DNA of 64,000 nt from Desulfomonilia bacterium (GTDB lineage: Bacteria; Desulfobacterota; Desulfomonilia; UBA1062), in assembly GCA_963664325.2 (NCBI GenBank), contig CAXXDQ010000008.1:256001-320000 (forward strand), in the 5' to 3' direction. The first letter of the stretch is position 1, and each line of letters opens with the position of its first letter. The position numbers and the translations under genes are program-made. The notes under the pieces are model-generated. The model ran no database searches. It saw only the letters and a program-made list of their open reading frames with translations, and was not told the DNA's origin. Below are positions 1 through 11,809 of this stretch, one piece after another.

Positions 1-2
1 GA

Positions 3-1010
3 GATATCCTCCGCGAAGGCCAATGCATTGCACGCGTGTCGGCGGTTGACAGAAATTCTTACATGATCAGGAATGAACTCGGGGATATCCCTGCCGAACT
101 TGCAGGGAAGTTCTATTTTACTATCGAGTCGTCTGCCGAGATGCCATGTGTTGGCGACTGGGTTGCCGTGCAGTATTACAATGACGACACCTCGGCTATC
201 ATACATGCGGTTTTTCCGCGGAGGACCGTTTTACGCCGGAAGCGCGCCGGAACGGAAGTAGACCACCAGATGATCGCAGCCAACATCGACATTGCTTTCA
301 TTGTCCAGTCGTGCCACTTTGACTTCAATCTGCCCAGATTGAACCGCTATCTCGTGATGGCGGCTGACGGGCATGTCGAGCCGGTCATCATTCTTGCCAA
401 AACGGATTTGATCTCCCAGGATGAGCTTGAGGAAAAGCTTGCGGCTGTCAGAAAGGCCGGCATTACGGCCAGTGTTATTACCCTCAGCAATATAACCGGC
501 TCGGGTTTTGACGAATTCAACCTGGTGTTGATGCCCGGCAGAACATATTGTCTGCTGGGGTCGTCGGGTGTGGGAAAGACCACACTGATAAATCGTCTGA
601 CCGGGCGGGATGATCTTGCTACCAAAGCCGTCAGCGGAACAGGGGAGGGCACGCACTCAACAACGCGCCGGCAGCTCATTGTCCTTGATAAAGGCATCAT
701 GTTCATTGATACGCCGGGAATGAGGGAACTGGGCCTTCTGGGCGCAGGTGAAGGGGTGGACAAAGGTTTTGAAGATATTATTGAACTGTCAGCAGCCTGC
801 CGTTATGCCGACTGCCGCCATACGGAAGAGGCCGGCTGCGCTGTTCTTGAAGCAATTTCAAAAAAAGAACTGAGCGAAGAGCGCTATTCAAGTTATATGA
901 AACTCAAGAAAGAATCGGAATTTCATGAAATGTCGTATCTTGAGAAACGTAACAAGGACAAGGCATTCGGCCGCTTCATCAAGACGGCAAAGAAGACCAT
1001 GAAAAGATGA
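3..1010 (+). CDS. rsgA: Ribosome small subunit-dependent GTPase A (5' partial; frame open from window start)
   Basis: Circularly permuted GTPase motifs AKTD, GSSGVGKT, HSTT and DTPGMRE; C-terminal Zn motif CRYADCRHTEEAGC. Confidence 0.95.
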   Translation, partial: DILREGQCIARVSAVDRNSYMIRNELGDIPAELAGKFYFTIESSAEMPCVGDWVAVQYYNDDTSAIIHAVFPRRTVLRRKRAGTEVDHQMIAANIDIAFIVQSCHFDFNLPRLNRYLVMAADGHVEPVIILAKTDLISQDELEEKLAAVRKAGITASVITLSNITGSGFDEFNLVLMPGRTYCLLGSSGVGKTTLINRLTGRDDLATKAVSGTGEGTHSTTRRQLIVLDKGIMFIDTPGMRELGLLGAGEGVDKGFEDIIELSAACRYADCRHTEEAGCAVLEAISKKELSEERYSSYMKLKKESEFHEMSYLEKRNKDKAFGRFIKTAKKTMKR

Positions 1011-1070
1011 ATTGAAAACCAGGGATTAAGCTAGCGATAAATGATAAAAGAGTTCTTGAAGGGTTGCCTG

Positions 1071-2297
1071 CTATAAGAACGCGAAGCCTTCACCCCTGTA
1101 GGTCTTGACCTTGTCGACGACTTTACCTGACTTGATAAGATAAAGCTCATTGAACCTCTCGCAGAGTTCACCTGCCTTTGCATGCTGGAAGACAACTATA
1201 TCACCGATTTCTATGTCAGGGCCGTTTTCAGGCAGGACTAAAGGGGTTTGCACCTCGCCGGCTGCCTCCATGGGAAGCAGCTTCAAACCGGGAGGGAAGA
1301 CCGGCACCGGCAATTTATCAATACCTGCAGGGCCGGATGCGGAATAGCCGCCGCCGTGGCAGGTGATTATTCCGGGCGCAGGTTTTCTGACAACCTGCAG
1401 CGCGAAAAAGGCGGCGGGTCTGAACTCGACTTCCTTGAAATGATGGAAAAGCGCAGGGCAGTAAAAAGCGGAACCCGCAGTCACCTCGGTAAGATCCGGA
1501 TCTGCTCCGGACGACACAAGGCTGCCGCTGCCGCCGCCGTTGACTGTGCGAAGTTTTATGCCTTCCCTCCTGAGCAGGTCTACAACCGAATCCCGCCTTT
1601 TTGTGAGTTCCCTGACGGACAGTTTTTTAATGATCCTGATGATCGAGTTTTTCAAACTCTGTCCCGGCATGTCGTCTTCAAGGCTTGCTATATGGGCCTC
1701 GTATCCCATGAGGCTGTCGACCTCGACACCGGTTAAGGTTTTTGAATACCTGGCCAGTTCAAGCACGTCTTCAGGGGTTCTGAGCGGACTTCTCCTTACT
1801 CCTAGATGGATTGAACTGCCTGCCGGCCGGTAAGACATATCAAGATCGATGCAGGCCTTAAGCCTTACTCCCGCCTTTGTCCCTGCCACGGACATCGCTT
1901 TCATCTGATCGAGGCAGTCGACCATAAGGCTTACTGTCTTTCCTGAACTGATCATCCCTGCAAGGATCATCATATCTGAAGGCTGAACGCTCGGGTAAGC
2001 GACAATGAAATCATCAAAGCCTTTTTCTGCAAGAAACGCAGCTTCTTCGACCGTAAAGGAAAGAATGCCTTTATATGCGTTTCCGCCGATATCGAAAATC
2101 CTTTTTAACAGATTTACACACCTGACGGACTTTGACCCTGTTCTTATGGTCTTGTTAGTATTCTTCTGAGTCGCAGCAACGTAGGCTATATTCGAATCAA
2201 ACTTGTCCAGATCGACAAATGCGAGAGGGAGACGGTAAGCGTTAAAAACGCCTTTGTATAAATTGTATGAATCCATATGAGACAAGGTGGTCTTCAT
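1071..2297 (-). CDS. PLP fold-type III enzyme, alanine-racemase/DSD1-like amino acid deaminase-aldolase family
   Basis: IRTGSKSVRC PLP-lysine motif, LMGYEAH, VNGGGSGS, EVTAGSAF, GAGEVQTP-like and HAKAGE motifs. Confidence 0.8.
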   Translation of the reverse strand: MKTTLSHMDSYNLYKGVFNAYRLPLAFVDLDKFDSNIAYVAATQKNTNKTIRTGSKSVRCVNLLKRIFDIGGNAYKGILSFTVEEAAFLAEKGFDDFIVAYPSVQPSDMMILAGMISSGKTVSLMVDCLDQMKAMSVAGTKAGVRLKACIDLDMSYRPAGSSIHLGVRRSPLRTPEDVLELARYSKTLTGVEVDSLMGYEAHIASLEDDMPGQSLKNSIIRIIKKLSVRELTKRRDSVVDLLRREGIKLRTVNGGGSGSLVSSGADPDLTEVTAGSAFYCPALFHHFKEVEFRPAAFFALQVVRKPAPGIITCHGGGYSASGPAGIDKLPVPVFPPGLKLLPMEAAGEVQTPLVLPENGPDIEIGDIVVFQHAKAGELCERFNELYLIKSGKVVDKVKTYRGEGFAFL

Positions 2298-2306
2298 GAT
2301 TAATAA

Positions 2307-2517
2307 TCAGTCATCATTTGTAAAGGGATGACTTTCATTGTCAAACCCGTCCTGAAGTTCTTCCGGAGTTACTCTTATATTACAGGCCAGCCTGTTCCTG
2401 CTTGGGCCTGTTGACAGAAGAAATTTGCAAAGAAGTATTTCACCTGGATGTATGCATGGAAAGTCTCTCTTTCCCATTTTCCCAACCTCTTTAATGATAA
2501 TATGTTATTCCGATTTC
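2307..2517 (-). pseudogene. higA: Decayed higBA toxin-antitoxin remnant (last codons of HigB plus internally deleted HigA)
   Basis: My translation of minus 2477-2307 is MGKRDFPCIHPGEILLCKFLLSTGPSRNRLACNIRVTPEELQDGFDNESHPFTNDD, with the HigA HPGEIL motif but no HTH core. Just upstream, EIGITYYH-stop resembles the HigB C-terminus (VEITDYH). Confidence 0.65.
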
Positions 2518-3028
2518 TATTTGAAAAAATACCATTAAAAAATCGTGTCAGTTGTTTAAGATTTAATGCCTTTAAATATATACAGAAATTAGTATCTTAA
2601 AAGATATATTGATGTCAAATTTAATGTAATAGCCGCAGATTCCGATATGATGTTATCATGGGAATAAAACATATAAGAAATAATGATATAAATATAAATC
2701 TCCCACATATTTCAGAACCGGGGAGTTCACGCCATCCAACGGGTGAAACATTATTTGAGGAAAAGAATACACTTCTTTCGATATGCTTCAAGAGAAGCAT
2801 TTTTGATGAGATTGGAAACGGCATCTCCTTTGTATTGATCGCAAATACAGAAAAAGAACATGCCAATAATTCATACTGCGGCATTTCTCAGGAATATTTT
2901 TATCGGAAAATATTGGAAAAACACCGCATGGGAAACCGGCCCATCCACCGATGCACTGAAACAGCTATGAAGTACGGGAATGCCTTGGCGAACAAGGGAA
3001 TGGCAGACCATTCAATGGAGGTTATGAT

Positions 3029-6000
3029 TTGATGAATGATAAACAAACAAAAGGTCGCAGCAGAAAAAGCGGCCTGAGTATTACCGACATGATCGTAATG
3101 GTTCTGATTGTCGGAATACTTTTGTCATGGTGGACTTTTCAGCGCACCGACCGCGAAATGCGCCACGAACTCCTGCTGCAGGCGCGCCTGGTGGCAAAAT
3201 CGCTTGACCTAAAACAGATCATGGCGCTTTCCGGCACAAGAGCCGATTTGGGCCTGCCGGAATATCAGCAGCTCAAGCAGCAGTTCATATCCATAAGCAA
3301 GGCCAATCCGAAGTGCAAGTGGTTTTACCTGTTGAGCCGCAAGCCTGACGGTACAATATTCTTCTATCTGGACAGCGAACCTCTGGATATCCAGGACCCG
3401 ACCCTTCCCGGTGATGTCTATGACGAGGCTCCCGACGGGTACCATACCGTAATGACCGTCAAGGAAACAGTAATCGGCCCCCTGACAGACCGATGGGGGA
3501 CATGGGTCACAACGCTGATTCCGCTGACCAACCCGAAAACCGGTGCCGTGTTTGCAGTGCTGGGAATGGACATTGACGCCAGCAACTGGACAAGGGACGT
3601 GATCATCAATGCGGCCCTGCCTGTGAGTCTGATGATCGGACTGCTTATTATGATAGTTTTAGGGGTGATACTGGCCCGCTCGCGGGCGCAACTCCATAAG
3701 AGCGAGTCCGTGCAGCGCCTACTGCTTGAAAATATTGATGCAGGCATCGTGATCATTGATGTCGGCACGCATATTATCGAACAGGTTAACAAGAAAGGCT
3801 TGGAACTCTTTGCCGGTACTGAAGACCAGCTCGTAGGGAAAGTCTGCCATTGCTTTCTTTGTACGGCCGAAAAAGGAAACTGTCCTGTTACCGACCTCGG
3901 CCAGAATATCGACAACTCCGACCGTATTCTGCTGAGGGCCGACGGAAGCCATCTGCCCATAATAAAATCAGTCAGACATATCAGGATTTACGGCAAGGAA
4001 AAACTCATTGAAACATTTACGGACATCACCGATCGCAAACGGGCAGAGGATGCCCTGCAAAAGAGTGAACAAAGATACCGTCTTCTCGTGGAAAACGCCA
4101 ACGAATCCATTCTCGTGATACAGGACGGAAAGGCCCAGTTCGTGAACAAAAGGGCGGTGGAATCCCTTGGCTATTCAGAGCAGGAATTTATGTCTGCCAG
4201 TATTTTCGAACTCATTCACCCGGATGACCGGGAAGAGGTGGTGAATGGATATCTTGAAAAGATCGGGGGGGATACTACTACCACCCGGAAAATATACCGG
4301 GTCCTGCGCAAGAACGGCCAGGTCCGATGGGTGGAAATCAGCTCGCTCCTGATCGACTGGGAGGGACAACCGGCGACCCTGAACTTTATCAAGGATATCA
4401 CCGAACGCAAGCTGGCCGAGGAAGAGCTTGTCCGTTCAGAAGAAAAATACCGGAATATACTGGACAGTATGCAGGATGCATATTTCGAAATGGACCTGGC
4501 CGGCAATTTCACCTTCTTTAATGAAGCCACCTGCCTCAGTCTCGGTTATACCAGGGAGGAATTGCTCGGGCATAACTTCCGCATGATTGCCGCCAGCGAA
4601 GACGAGATAAAAGCAGTCTATGCAACCTACAAAAAAGTATTCGAGACAGGACAGCCGAACAAGGGTTTTACCTTTAAGGTCATGCGCAAGGACGGCAGCG
4701 AAGGATATACCGAGGCCTCGGTTTCCCTTTTATTGAATGAGCACGGCAAGCCGATAGGATTCCGCAGCCTGGCCCGGGACATCACCGAGAACAAGCTGGC
4801 GGAGGAAAGGCTTGCTCGCTCGGAGGAAAGGTACCGGGGCATACTGGACAGCATGCAGGATTCATATTTTGAGGTGGACCTGACAGGAAGGTATACTTTC
4901 CTTAATGAATCTACCTGCCGCAACCTAGGCTATACCGCGGAAGAATTGATCGGGCAGGACATGCGTATTGTCATTGCGACAGAAGAGGAGAAAAAGGCCG
5001 GCTTTGAGGTCTACAAAAATGTGTTCGAAACCGGAGAGCCTAACAAGGGTTATGCCTTCAGGGTCTTCAGCAAGGACGGCAGGAGCGGATATGCAGAGAC
5101 CTCGATTTCTCTTTTAAAGGATGAGCACGGCAATCCTATAGGGTTCCGCAATGTTGCCAGGGACGTCACCGAGAAGAAGAAGGCCGAGGAGGAACTGACC
5201 AAGCTGGCGGCGATTGTCCGGTACTCTTCTGAACTGATAAATCTTGCTACACTGGATGGCAGGATGATCTTCCTCAATCTAGCCGGCGCGGAAATTCTCG
5301 GGATTGATCAAGAAAACCTTGAGCAGACAAATATCATGCAGGTGATACCTGACAAGTTTAAGGAAAAGGTCCAGACCGAGATAATACCTGCGCTGCTGAA
5401 GGGAGATACCTGGGAAGGTAATCTTCAATACCTTAATATCAAGACCGGACATCTGACCGATGTCCATACGAGCGCATTCGCAATCAAGGATCAAACTACG
5501 GGAAAACCCTTGTATCTGGCCAATGTCTCGCTCGACATCACCGAGCGCAAGCAGGCTGAGGACAAGCTTAAAGACAGCGAAGAAAGGTTCAGGATAATCA
5601 GCAACAGCGCCCTGGACAGCATAATCATGATGGACTCCTCGGGCAATGCGACTTTCTTCAACCCTTCAGCCGAGAAGATGTTCGGATATTCGGCGGATGA
5701 AATAATAGGAAAACCCCTGCATGACTTTATCGCCCCTGAGAGATTCAGGAAGGTATTTGAAGAAAAGTTCCCGGAATTTCTCAGAACAGGCCATGGTGAT
5801 GTTATCGGTAAGGTGGTCGAGCTCACCGGCTTGAAAAAAGACGGGACGGAGTTCCCGATAGAGATTTCTCTTACAGGGTTCAAAAAAGACGATCAATGGG
5901 TGGCAGTGGCTACTCTCAGGGATATTTCCAAGCGCAAGAAAGCAGAGGAGGCATTAAAGAAAAGCGAAGAGAGCTACCGCACACTCATAGAGAATATCAA

Positions 6001-9000
6001 CGATGCTTTTTATGTGCTGGATGCCCAGGGTAATATAACCTATCTCAGCCCGGTCATCGAACGGTTATCCAAATACAAGATAGCCGATCTGATAGGTAAG
6101 TCCTTTGCCACGGTGATTTATCCGGATGATCTGCCCGGCCTGGTTGAAAGTTTTCAGCGGCTGCAGGCAGGCCAGGAGGAACCGGCGGAATTCCGCATTA
6201 TGGACAAAGACGGCAGGATCATATATGTCCGCACCTCCAGCCGTCCTATATACACGGATGGCCAGATCACCGGATATACGGCAATCATGAGCGACATCAC
6301 CGAACGCAAGCGGGTTGAGGATGAACTTTTACGCTCGGAGGAAAGATACCGCAATATATTGGACAGCATGCAGGACTCGTATTTCGAGGTGGATCTTGCA
6401 GGCAATTTTGTCTTCCTCAATGAAGCCACCTGCCATAACCTGGGTTATACCAGGGATGAGTTGATCGGGCACAGCTTCCGTATTATCACAGACAGCGAAG
6501 ATGCCATAAATACCATCTTCGAGGCTTACAACAAAGTTTTCATAACAGGAGAGCCGAACAAGGGCTTTGCTTTTGAGGTCATGCTCAAGGATGGAACTAA
6601 AGCGTATACGGAGACATCGATCTCCCTGTTGAAGGATAAGAACGGCAATCCTGTCGGGTTCAGAAGCGTCGCCCGGGACGTCACGGAGAAAAAGAAGGTT
6701 GAAGATGCGCTAAGGGAGAGCGAGGAAGTATTCAGGAGGAGCATGGAATTTGCCCCGGACGGCATTTACATGAGCGACCTTGAAGGCAACTTCCTTTTTG
6801 GCAACCGCAGGTGCGAGGAGATAATAGGCAGTAAGCGTGAGGAACTGATAGGTAAAAACTTCCTTGAGCTGAATCTCCTGCCGGAAAACGAACTGGTCAA
6901 GGCCGCAGAATTGCTTCAGGCAAATATCGAGGGCAAATCCACGGGCCCGGATGAATTCAATCTGATAAGAAAGGACGGCCGCAGCATACCCGTGGAAATC
7001 AACACCAGCGTGATACAGCGCTATGGAAAAACGGTTGCGCTGGCCTTTGTCAGGGATATTACCGAGCGCAAGATGGCCGAAGAAGCCCTTAGATCGACTC
7101 ATGAATATCTCGGCAACCTGCTGGAGTGCGCCAATGCCCCCATCATCGTCTGGGACGCCGAATTTAAGATCACCCAGTTCAATCAGGCTTTTGAGCGGCT
7201 TACAGGACGGAAGTCTGCGGATATTATGGGGCATGGGCTTGACTGGCTCTTTCCTGAAAACAAAAGACAGGAATTACTTGATTATATTTACTCCACAAGT
7301 GACGTGGCATGGGAGGCGGTGGAGATACCTATTCAGGCTGCTGACGGATCGGCCCACACCCTGCTGTGGAACTCGGCCATGCTGTATGCGGCCGACGAAA
7401 AAACTATTGTGGCAACTATTGCCCAGGGTCAGGACATAACGGACCGCAAGAGGGCTGAGGCAAAATTGCAGGAAACCAACCGCCACCTCGAAGAGGCCAA
7501 AGCGCAGGCGGAAATGGCCAATACGGCCAAGAGCGAGTTCCTTTCAAACATGAGCCACGAAATCAGAACCCCGATGAACGCAATAATCGGCTTAACATAC
7601 CTGGCGCTTCAGACAGGGCTTACATTAAAGCAGCGCGATTATCTGACAAAAATCCATGATTCCGCAGGCAACCTGCTCAGGATCATCAACGATATACTTG
7701 ATTTCTCCAAGATTGAGGCCGGACGGATTGAGCTCGAAAATATTGAATTTTCTTTTGATTCCATGCTCGCGGAAATTTCAAATATAGTAAGCAAGCCGGC
7801 AGACGACAAAGGAATTGAATTTATATTTGACATAGACTCCCATGTCCCGACCATGCTTTTTGGAGATTCATTGAGGCTCAAACAGGTACTAATAAATCTG
7901 ACAAACAATGCAATAAAATTCACACAAAAGGGACAGGTCGTCCTGAGAACAGAGCTCTTGAAAAGGACGAGTGTCGATGGAAATGAGCTTGCCAGAATAA
8001 AATTCTCGGTCAGCGATACGGGCATAGGACTGAAGCCCGAACAGATAGAAAAGCTCTTTGAGTCGTTCTCGCAGGCAGACAGCACCATAACACGAAGGTA
8101 TGGCGGGACAGGGCTCGGCCTCTCCATAAGCAGGCGTCTTGTCAACCTCATGGGCGGAGATATAGAGGTTGAAAGCACATTCGGCAAGGGCAGCACCTTC
8201 TCATTTTCCGCTGATTTCAAGGTCACGAAGGGCATCGGTGACGGAATGGCTTTCCCCGTCAATATCCAGGGACTCAGGGCGCTCGTTGTTGATGACCATG
8301 AAATAGTGACGGATATTATGGAAAATTATCTGACACGGTTCGGTTTCACCGTCATGACCGCATCAAGCGGGATGGAAGCTGTCGGTATACTTGAAAAAGA
8401 GACTGTCCCTTTCAGCGTTATGCTCCTTGACTGGAAGATGCCCGGGCTTGATGGTATTGAGACGTTGAAAAAAATCAAGGCGAACGGCAAAATCACTCAG
8501 ATCCCTCCTGTTATAATGGTCTCGGGATATCCGCCTGATGATGCCAAATCAATGATGGACAAACTCGGGGTCAAGGCGTTTTTAAAGAAACCCATGTCGC
8601 GCTCTGACCTGTTCGATGTGATTATGGAAGTATTAGGGAAGAAGAGTGAAAAACCGGAGAAGGCACGCAGTTCGTCAATAGAGAAAGGAGTTTTTGAAAA
8701 GCTGAAAGGTAACAGGGTGTTACTGGTAGAGGACAATCTGGTCAACCAGCAGGTGGCTTCTGAAATACTCAAGAGCGCCGGAATGCTTGTGACGGTTGCA
8801 GGCAACGGGATAAAGGCTTTAAAAGCCCTTGATGAAAGCACGTTCGATATAGTCCTGATGGATGTTCAGATGCCTGAGATGGACGGGATAGAAGCGACAC
8901 GCATAATAAGGTCAGATGAAAAATACAGCAAGCTCCCGATAATAGCGATGACTGCGCATGCAATGTCCGGTGACCGTGAGCGGTTTTTGGAAGCGGGCAT

Positions 9001-9748
9001 GAACGACCACACCCCAAAACCGATTAATCCGGATTCATTCTTTTCCACATTGTCGAAGTGGCTTGATAAAAAAAGCATGCCTGAAAATGCCATTATTGAA
9101 CCTTTCAGACCGAAAAGTATTGATGTTCTGCCAGATGAACTCAACGGGATAGATGTCAGTGATGCTCTCAGGCGTATAATGGGCAACAAGATCCTTTTGA
9201 GAAACATCATCCTTGACTTCTGTGTGGTGTTTTCAGATGCGGAAGGTAAAATAAAAACCCTGATTGAACAGGGTGATATGACAGGCGCCGAAACACTCGT
9301 GCACAGCATAAAGGGAGCTGCAGGAAACATTGGTGCATTGAAACTGCATCAAGTGGCGTCTGAGTATGATGATAAGTTAAGAAAGAAACAAACAGGCGCA
9401 TTAGCCAAGCTGCATACAAAATTTGCACTGGAATTTGAAAAGGTGCTTTCAAACCAAACACTGCTTGCCAGACTGCCGGTTGTAAGCGGTGATACCCCTG
9501 TTTACGTGAGCGAAAAAGAAAGCATGGAGCTTGCAATGCTCATAGAAAACCTTGACAAGCAACTTGTAGACAACAGTTTTGACAGCGCAGATACGTTTGA
9601 AAAGATATTGAATATAGGGTGCGGGCCGCTGGAGAACGAACTGAAAAAGCTGGGTAATGCAATCAACAGGTTTGATTTTGAAGAGGCGATTACGCTGCTT
9701 GCGGAGATCAGAAAAAAAATCGGCATCTGTGCAGAGGGGGAAAAATAA
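3029..9748 (+). CDS. Membrane hybrid sensor histidine kinase: 2 TM/extracytoplasmic domain, 10 PAS, HisKA-HATPase, 2 REC, HPt
   Basis: Repeated DITERK PAS linkers; H-box [11 protein letters not shown]; G boxes DTGIG and GGTGLGL; REC motifs LLDWKMPG and LMDVQMP; HPt HSIKGAAG. Confidence 0.95.
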   Translation: MMNDKQTKGRSRKSGLSITDMIVMVLIVGILLSWWTFQRTDREMRHELLLQARLVAKSLDLKQIMALSGTRADLGLPEYQQLKQQFISISKANPKCKWFYLLSRKPDGTIFFYLDSEPLDIQDPTLPGDVYDEAPDGYHTVMTVKETVIGPLTDRWGTWVTTLIPLTNPKTGAVFAVLGMDIDASNWTRDVIINAALPVSLMIGLLIMIVLGVILARSRAQLHKSESVQRLLLENIDAGIVIIDVGTHIIEQVNKKGLELFAGTEDQLVGKVCHCFLCTAEKGNCPVTDLGQNIDNSDRILLRADGSHLPIIKSVRHIRIYGKEKLIETFTDITDRKRAEDALQKSEQRYRLLVENANESILVIQDGKAQFVNKRAVESLGYSEQEFMSASIFELIHPDDREEVVNGYLEKIGGDTTTTRKIYRVLRKNGQVRWVEISSLLIDWEGQPATLNFIKDITERKLAEEELVRSEEKYRNILDSMQDAYFEMDLAGNFTFFNEATCLSLGYTREELLGHNFRMIAASEDEIKAVYATYKKVFETGQPNKGFTFKVMRKDGSEGYTEASVSLLLNEHGKPIGFRSLARDITENKLAEERLARSEERYRGILDSMQDSYFEVDLTGRYTFLNESTCRNLGYTAEELIGQDMRIVIATEEEKKAGFEVYKNVFETGEPNKGYAFRVFSKDGRSGYAETSISLLKDEHGNPIGFRNVARDVTEKKKAEEELTKLAAIVRYSSELINLATLDGRMIFLNLAGAEILGIDQENLEQTNIMQVIPDKFKEKVQTEIIPALLKGDTWEGNLQYLNIKTGHLTDVHTSAFAIKDQTTGKPLYLANVSLDITERKQAEDKLKDSEERFRIISNSALDSIIMMDSSGNATFFNPSAEKMFGYSADEIIGKPLHDFIAPERFRKVFEEKFPEFLRTGHGDVIGKVVELTGLKKDGTEFPIEISLTGFKKDDQWVAVATLRDISKRKKAEEALKKSEESYRTLIENINDAFYVLDAQGNITYLSPVIERLSKYKIADLIGKSFATVIYPDDLPGLVESFQRLQAGQEEPAEFRIMDKDGRIIYVRTSSRPIYTDGQITGYTAIMSDITERKRVEDELLRSEERYRNILDSMQDSYFEVDLAGNFVFLNEATCHNLGYTRDELIGHSFRIITDSEDAINTIFEAYNKVFITGEPNKGFAFEVMLKDGTKAYTETSISLLKDKNGNPVGFRSVARDVTEKKKVEDALRESEEVFRRSMEFAPDGIYMSDLEGNFLFGNRRCEEIIGSKREELIGKNFLELNLLPENELVKAAELLQANIEGKSTGPDEFNLIRKDGRSIPVEINTSVIQRYGKTVALAFVRDITERKMAEEALRSTHEYLGNLLECANAPIIVWDAEFKITQFNQAFERLTGRKSADIMGHGLDWLFPENKRQELLDYIYSTSDVAWEAVEIPIQAADGSAHTLLWNSAMLYAADEKTIVATIAQGQDITDRKRAEAKLQETNRHLEEAKAQAEMANTAKSEFLSNMSHEIRTPMNAIIGLTYLALQTGLTLKQRDYLTKIHDSAGNLLRIINDILDFSKIEAGRIELENIEFSFDSMLAEISNIVSKPADDKGIEFIFDIDSHVPTMLFGDSLRLKQVLINLTNNAIKFTQKGQVVLRTELLKRTSVDGNELARIKFSVSDTGIGLKPEQIEKLFESFSQADSTITRRYGGTGLGLSISRRLVNLMGGDIEVESTFGKGSTFSFSADFKVTKGIGDGMAFPVNIQGLRALVVDDHEIVTDIMENYLTRFGFTVMTASSGMEAVGILEKETVPFSVMLLDWKMPGLDGIETLKKIKANGKITQIPPVIMVSGYPPDDAKSMMDKLGVKAFLKKPMSRSDLFDVIMEVLGKKSEKPEKARSSSIEKGVFEKLKGNRVLLVEDNLVNQQVASEILKSAGMLVTVAGNGIKALKALDESTFDIVLMDVQMPEMDGIEATRIIRSDEKYSKLPIIAMTAHAMSGDRERFLEAGMNDHTPKPINPDSFFSTLSKWLDKKSMPENAIIEPFRPKSIDVLPDELNGIDVSDALRRIMGNKILLRNIILDFCVVFSDAEGKIKTLIEQGDMTGAETLVHSIKGAAGNIGALKLHQVASEYDDKLRKKQTGALAKLHTKFALEFEKVLSNQTLLARLPVVSGDTPVYVSEKESMELAMLIENLDKQLVDNSFDSADTFEKILNIGCGPLENELKKLGNAINRFDFEEAITLLAEIRKKIGICAEGEK
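4448..6690 (+). repeat. Three paralogous ~350-nt PAS-coding repeats starting at ~4448, ~4832 and ~6347
   Basis: YR(N/G)ILDSMQD(A/S)YFE(M/V)DL...GEPNKG...G.P.GFR..ARD.TE recurs with visible DNA-level similarity; the first two copies are 384 nt apart. Confidence 0.9.
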
Positions 9749-10683
9749 TGAAAAAAATACTTATCGTTGACGATCTCCCGACCAATATAAAGGTTCTCGG
9801 AGAACTTCTGCGAGGGCAATACGAACTGCTTGTGGCTACAAACGGTTTGAAGGCTGTTTCAATTGCTAAAGAAATGATGCCCGACCTGATACTTATGGAT
9901 GTGATGATGCCAGAAATGGATGGTTTCAGTGCCGCAGAAATAATTAAAAAAGATGAGATCACCTCTGATATCCCCATAATATTCATTACAGCCAAGGGAG
10001 AGACCAGCGATATCGTAAAAGGCTTTGAAGCCGGGGGCCAGGATTACATAACAAAGCCGCCCAATCCCGAGGAGCTTTTCGCCAGGGTTAATACACACAT
10101 TGAGCTGAAACAATCCAAACAGGCAATAAAAGATTATGCGGCCGAACTAAAGAAGGCGAACAGTGATCTCCAGGAGTTAAACGCAAAGCTGGAATTCATG
10201 GCCTGGCATGACCAGCTGACCGGACTTCCAAACAGGCGCCACATGAGGAACAGAATAAAGGATGAACAAGCAAGGTCGGTCCGCAACAATAAACCGTTCG
10301 CCCTTGTTATGGGCGATATCGACAATTTCAAGCACGTTAACGATACCCACGGGCATGAAGCCGGCGACGAAATTCTCAAGCATATTTCACAGATCATCAT
10401 GTCATCATTGAGGAATCAGGACTCGATGAGCCGGTGGGGCGGAGAAGAATTTCTGATCCTGCTTCCCGAAACCGATATAAAAGGGGCCGTGACCGCCTCG
10501 GAAAAAATACGGTTAAGAATAGAGTCGGAGCCTCTTGATTATAACGGTGAAAACATTCATGTTACTATTACTTTCGGCGTAGCCGTATACGATGAAACAA
10601 GAGGGATTGAAGGTACAATAAAGCTCGCCGATGAGGCTCTTTACAGGGGAAAGAAAGGCACAAAGAACTGTGTAGTGGAGTAA
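9748..10683 (+). CDS. Response regulator diguanylate cyclase (REC-GGDEF)
   Basis: REC motifs IVDD and LMDVMMP; DQLTGLPNRR; RNQD I-site before GGEEF; TAATG overlap with the kinase stop. Confidence 0.95.
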   Translation: MKKILIVDDLPTNIKVLGELLRGQYELLVATNGLKAVSIAKEMMPDLILMDVMMPEMDGFSAAEIIKKDEITSDIPIIFITAKGETSDIVKGFEAGGQDYITKPPNPEELFARVNTHIELKQSKQAIKDYAAELKKANSDLQELNAKLEFMAWHDQLTGLPNRRHMRNRIKDEQARSVRNNKPFALVMGDIDNFKHVNDTHGHEAGDEILKHISQIIMSSLRNQDSMSRWGGEEFLILLPETDIKGAVTASEKIRLRIESEPLDYNGENIHVTITFGVAVYDETRGIEGTIKLADEALYRGKKGTKNCVVE

Positions 10684-10871
10684 GCTCCGGTAAAGGCATA
10701 TACAAAACACGCCCTGTAAAAAAGGCTGGGACCGAATATTCTGCGGTCATATTTGAGTCAAGGAAGCGTCTATTCTTTCCAACCTATTAATAAAAAGCAA
10801 AACGATAATACAGTATGGTGTAATAATTATTATTAGTGTATCTCAAAAAAACCAAATAGCAGGAGGCAGGT

Positions 10872-11450
10872 CTGGAAGCTTTATTGTTTTCAACAGCGAT
10901 TGTGGCATTGGCGGAAATGGGAGACAAGACACAGCTTCTGGCCTTTGTGCTGGCTGCAAAATTCAAACACAGGATCCCGATCATTTTGGGCATTTTCTGT
11001 GCTACGCTAGCCAACCATTTTCTGGCCGGATCTGTCGGGACGTTGCTGGCGAAGATGATATCTCCTGAAGCATTAAAATGGATTGTTGCCGTATCATTTT
11101 TTATTTTCGGACTCTGGACGCTTAAATCTGATGACCTTGACAAAGATAAAAAGCTGATGGGATCGAGTATCTTTGTAACAACCCTGATCGCCTTTTTCGT
11201 TCTTGAGATGGGCGATAAAACGCAGCTGGCGACCATCGCCCTGGCTGCGCGCTTTGATTCGCTTGTATATGTCGTGATGGGGACCACCCTGGGCATGATG
11301 ATTGCGGATGTTCCTGCAGTCTGGCTTGGAGAAACGCTGGCTCACCGCATAAACATGAAGGCGATGCGTGTGATAGCAGCGCTCTTGTTTGTCCTCCTCG
11401 GCATACTCACCTTATTCGGAGACAGGCTGAAAGCTTGCATTGCATTATAG
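10872..11450 (+). CDS. UPF0016/TMEM165/GDT1 family cation (Mn2+/Ca2+) transporter, probable CTG start
   Basis: Two EMGDKTQL motifs; AGGAGG at 10861-10866 lies 5 nt before an in-frame CTG, giving MEALLFST. Confidence 0.9.
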   Translation: MEALLFSTAIVALAEMGDKTQLLAFVLAAKFKHRIPIILGIFCATLANHFLAGSVGTLLAKMISPEALKWIVAVSFFIFGLWTLKSDDLDKDKKLMGSSIFVTTLIAFFVLEMGDKTQLATIALAARFDSLVYVVMGTTLGMMIADVPAVWLGETLAHRINMKAMRVIAALLFVLLGILTLFGDRLKACIAL

Positions 11451-11809
11451 TTATATCGACAGAGGCGTCTTTGATGGCAGTAAGCCGTGCAAAGTCAATG
11501 TCAATGCAGCGATACGCTTTATCAGTTACTTCGGGAACCTGGACACCTTTCAAACGGCTTCAGCACGGACCGGCATGCAGAGCTTCTGAACAGGAACGTA
11601 AACAATATGTCGGAGATGTTCTTGAACGGGTAATATATCAAGGGGACAATTAAAGGAGGTGAAATCAGAAAACACTAAAATATATAATGAAACTTAAACG
11701 GAATTTAATCTTTTACCATGCAACATTTTCATATTTGGAATTGATTTTTTATAAAATAATATTATAATATATATACATATTTATAAACTGTTTATTACTA
11801 ATTCTGGAG

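Noticed and set aside
2658-3032. 124-aa plus-strand ORF upstream of the hybrid kinase
   Set aside because: No recognisable motif or RBS, and it lies in an AT-rich divergent promoter region; probably spurious.
10684-10860. Possible yybP-ykoY or c-di-GMP-I riboswitch upstream of the UPF0016 gene
   Set aside because: No GGGGAGUAG motif. The GCCCT-GTAAAA-AAGGC hairpin lacks the GGCAAA/ACGCAAAG core.
11451-11670. Possible regulator-like gene remnant (YIDRGVFDGSKPC...) and an orphan AAAGGAGGTG with no start codon
   Set aside because: Similarity is too weak to support by eye, and no promoter-terminator pair indicates an RNA.
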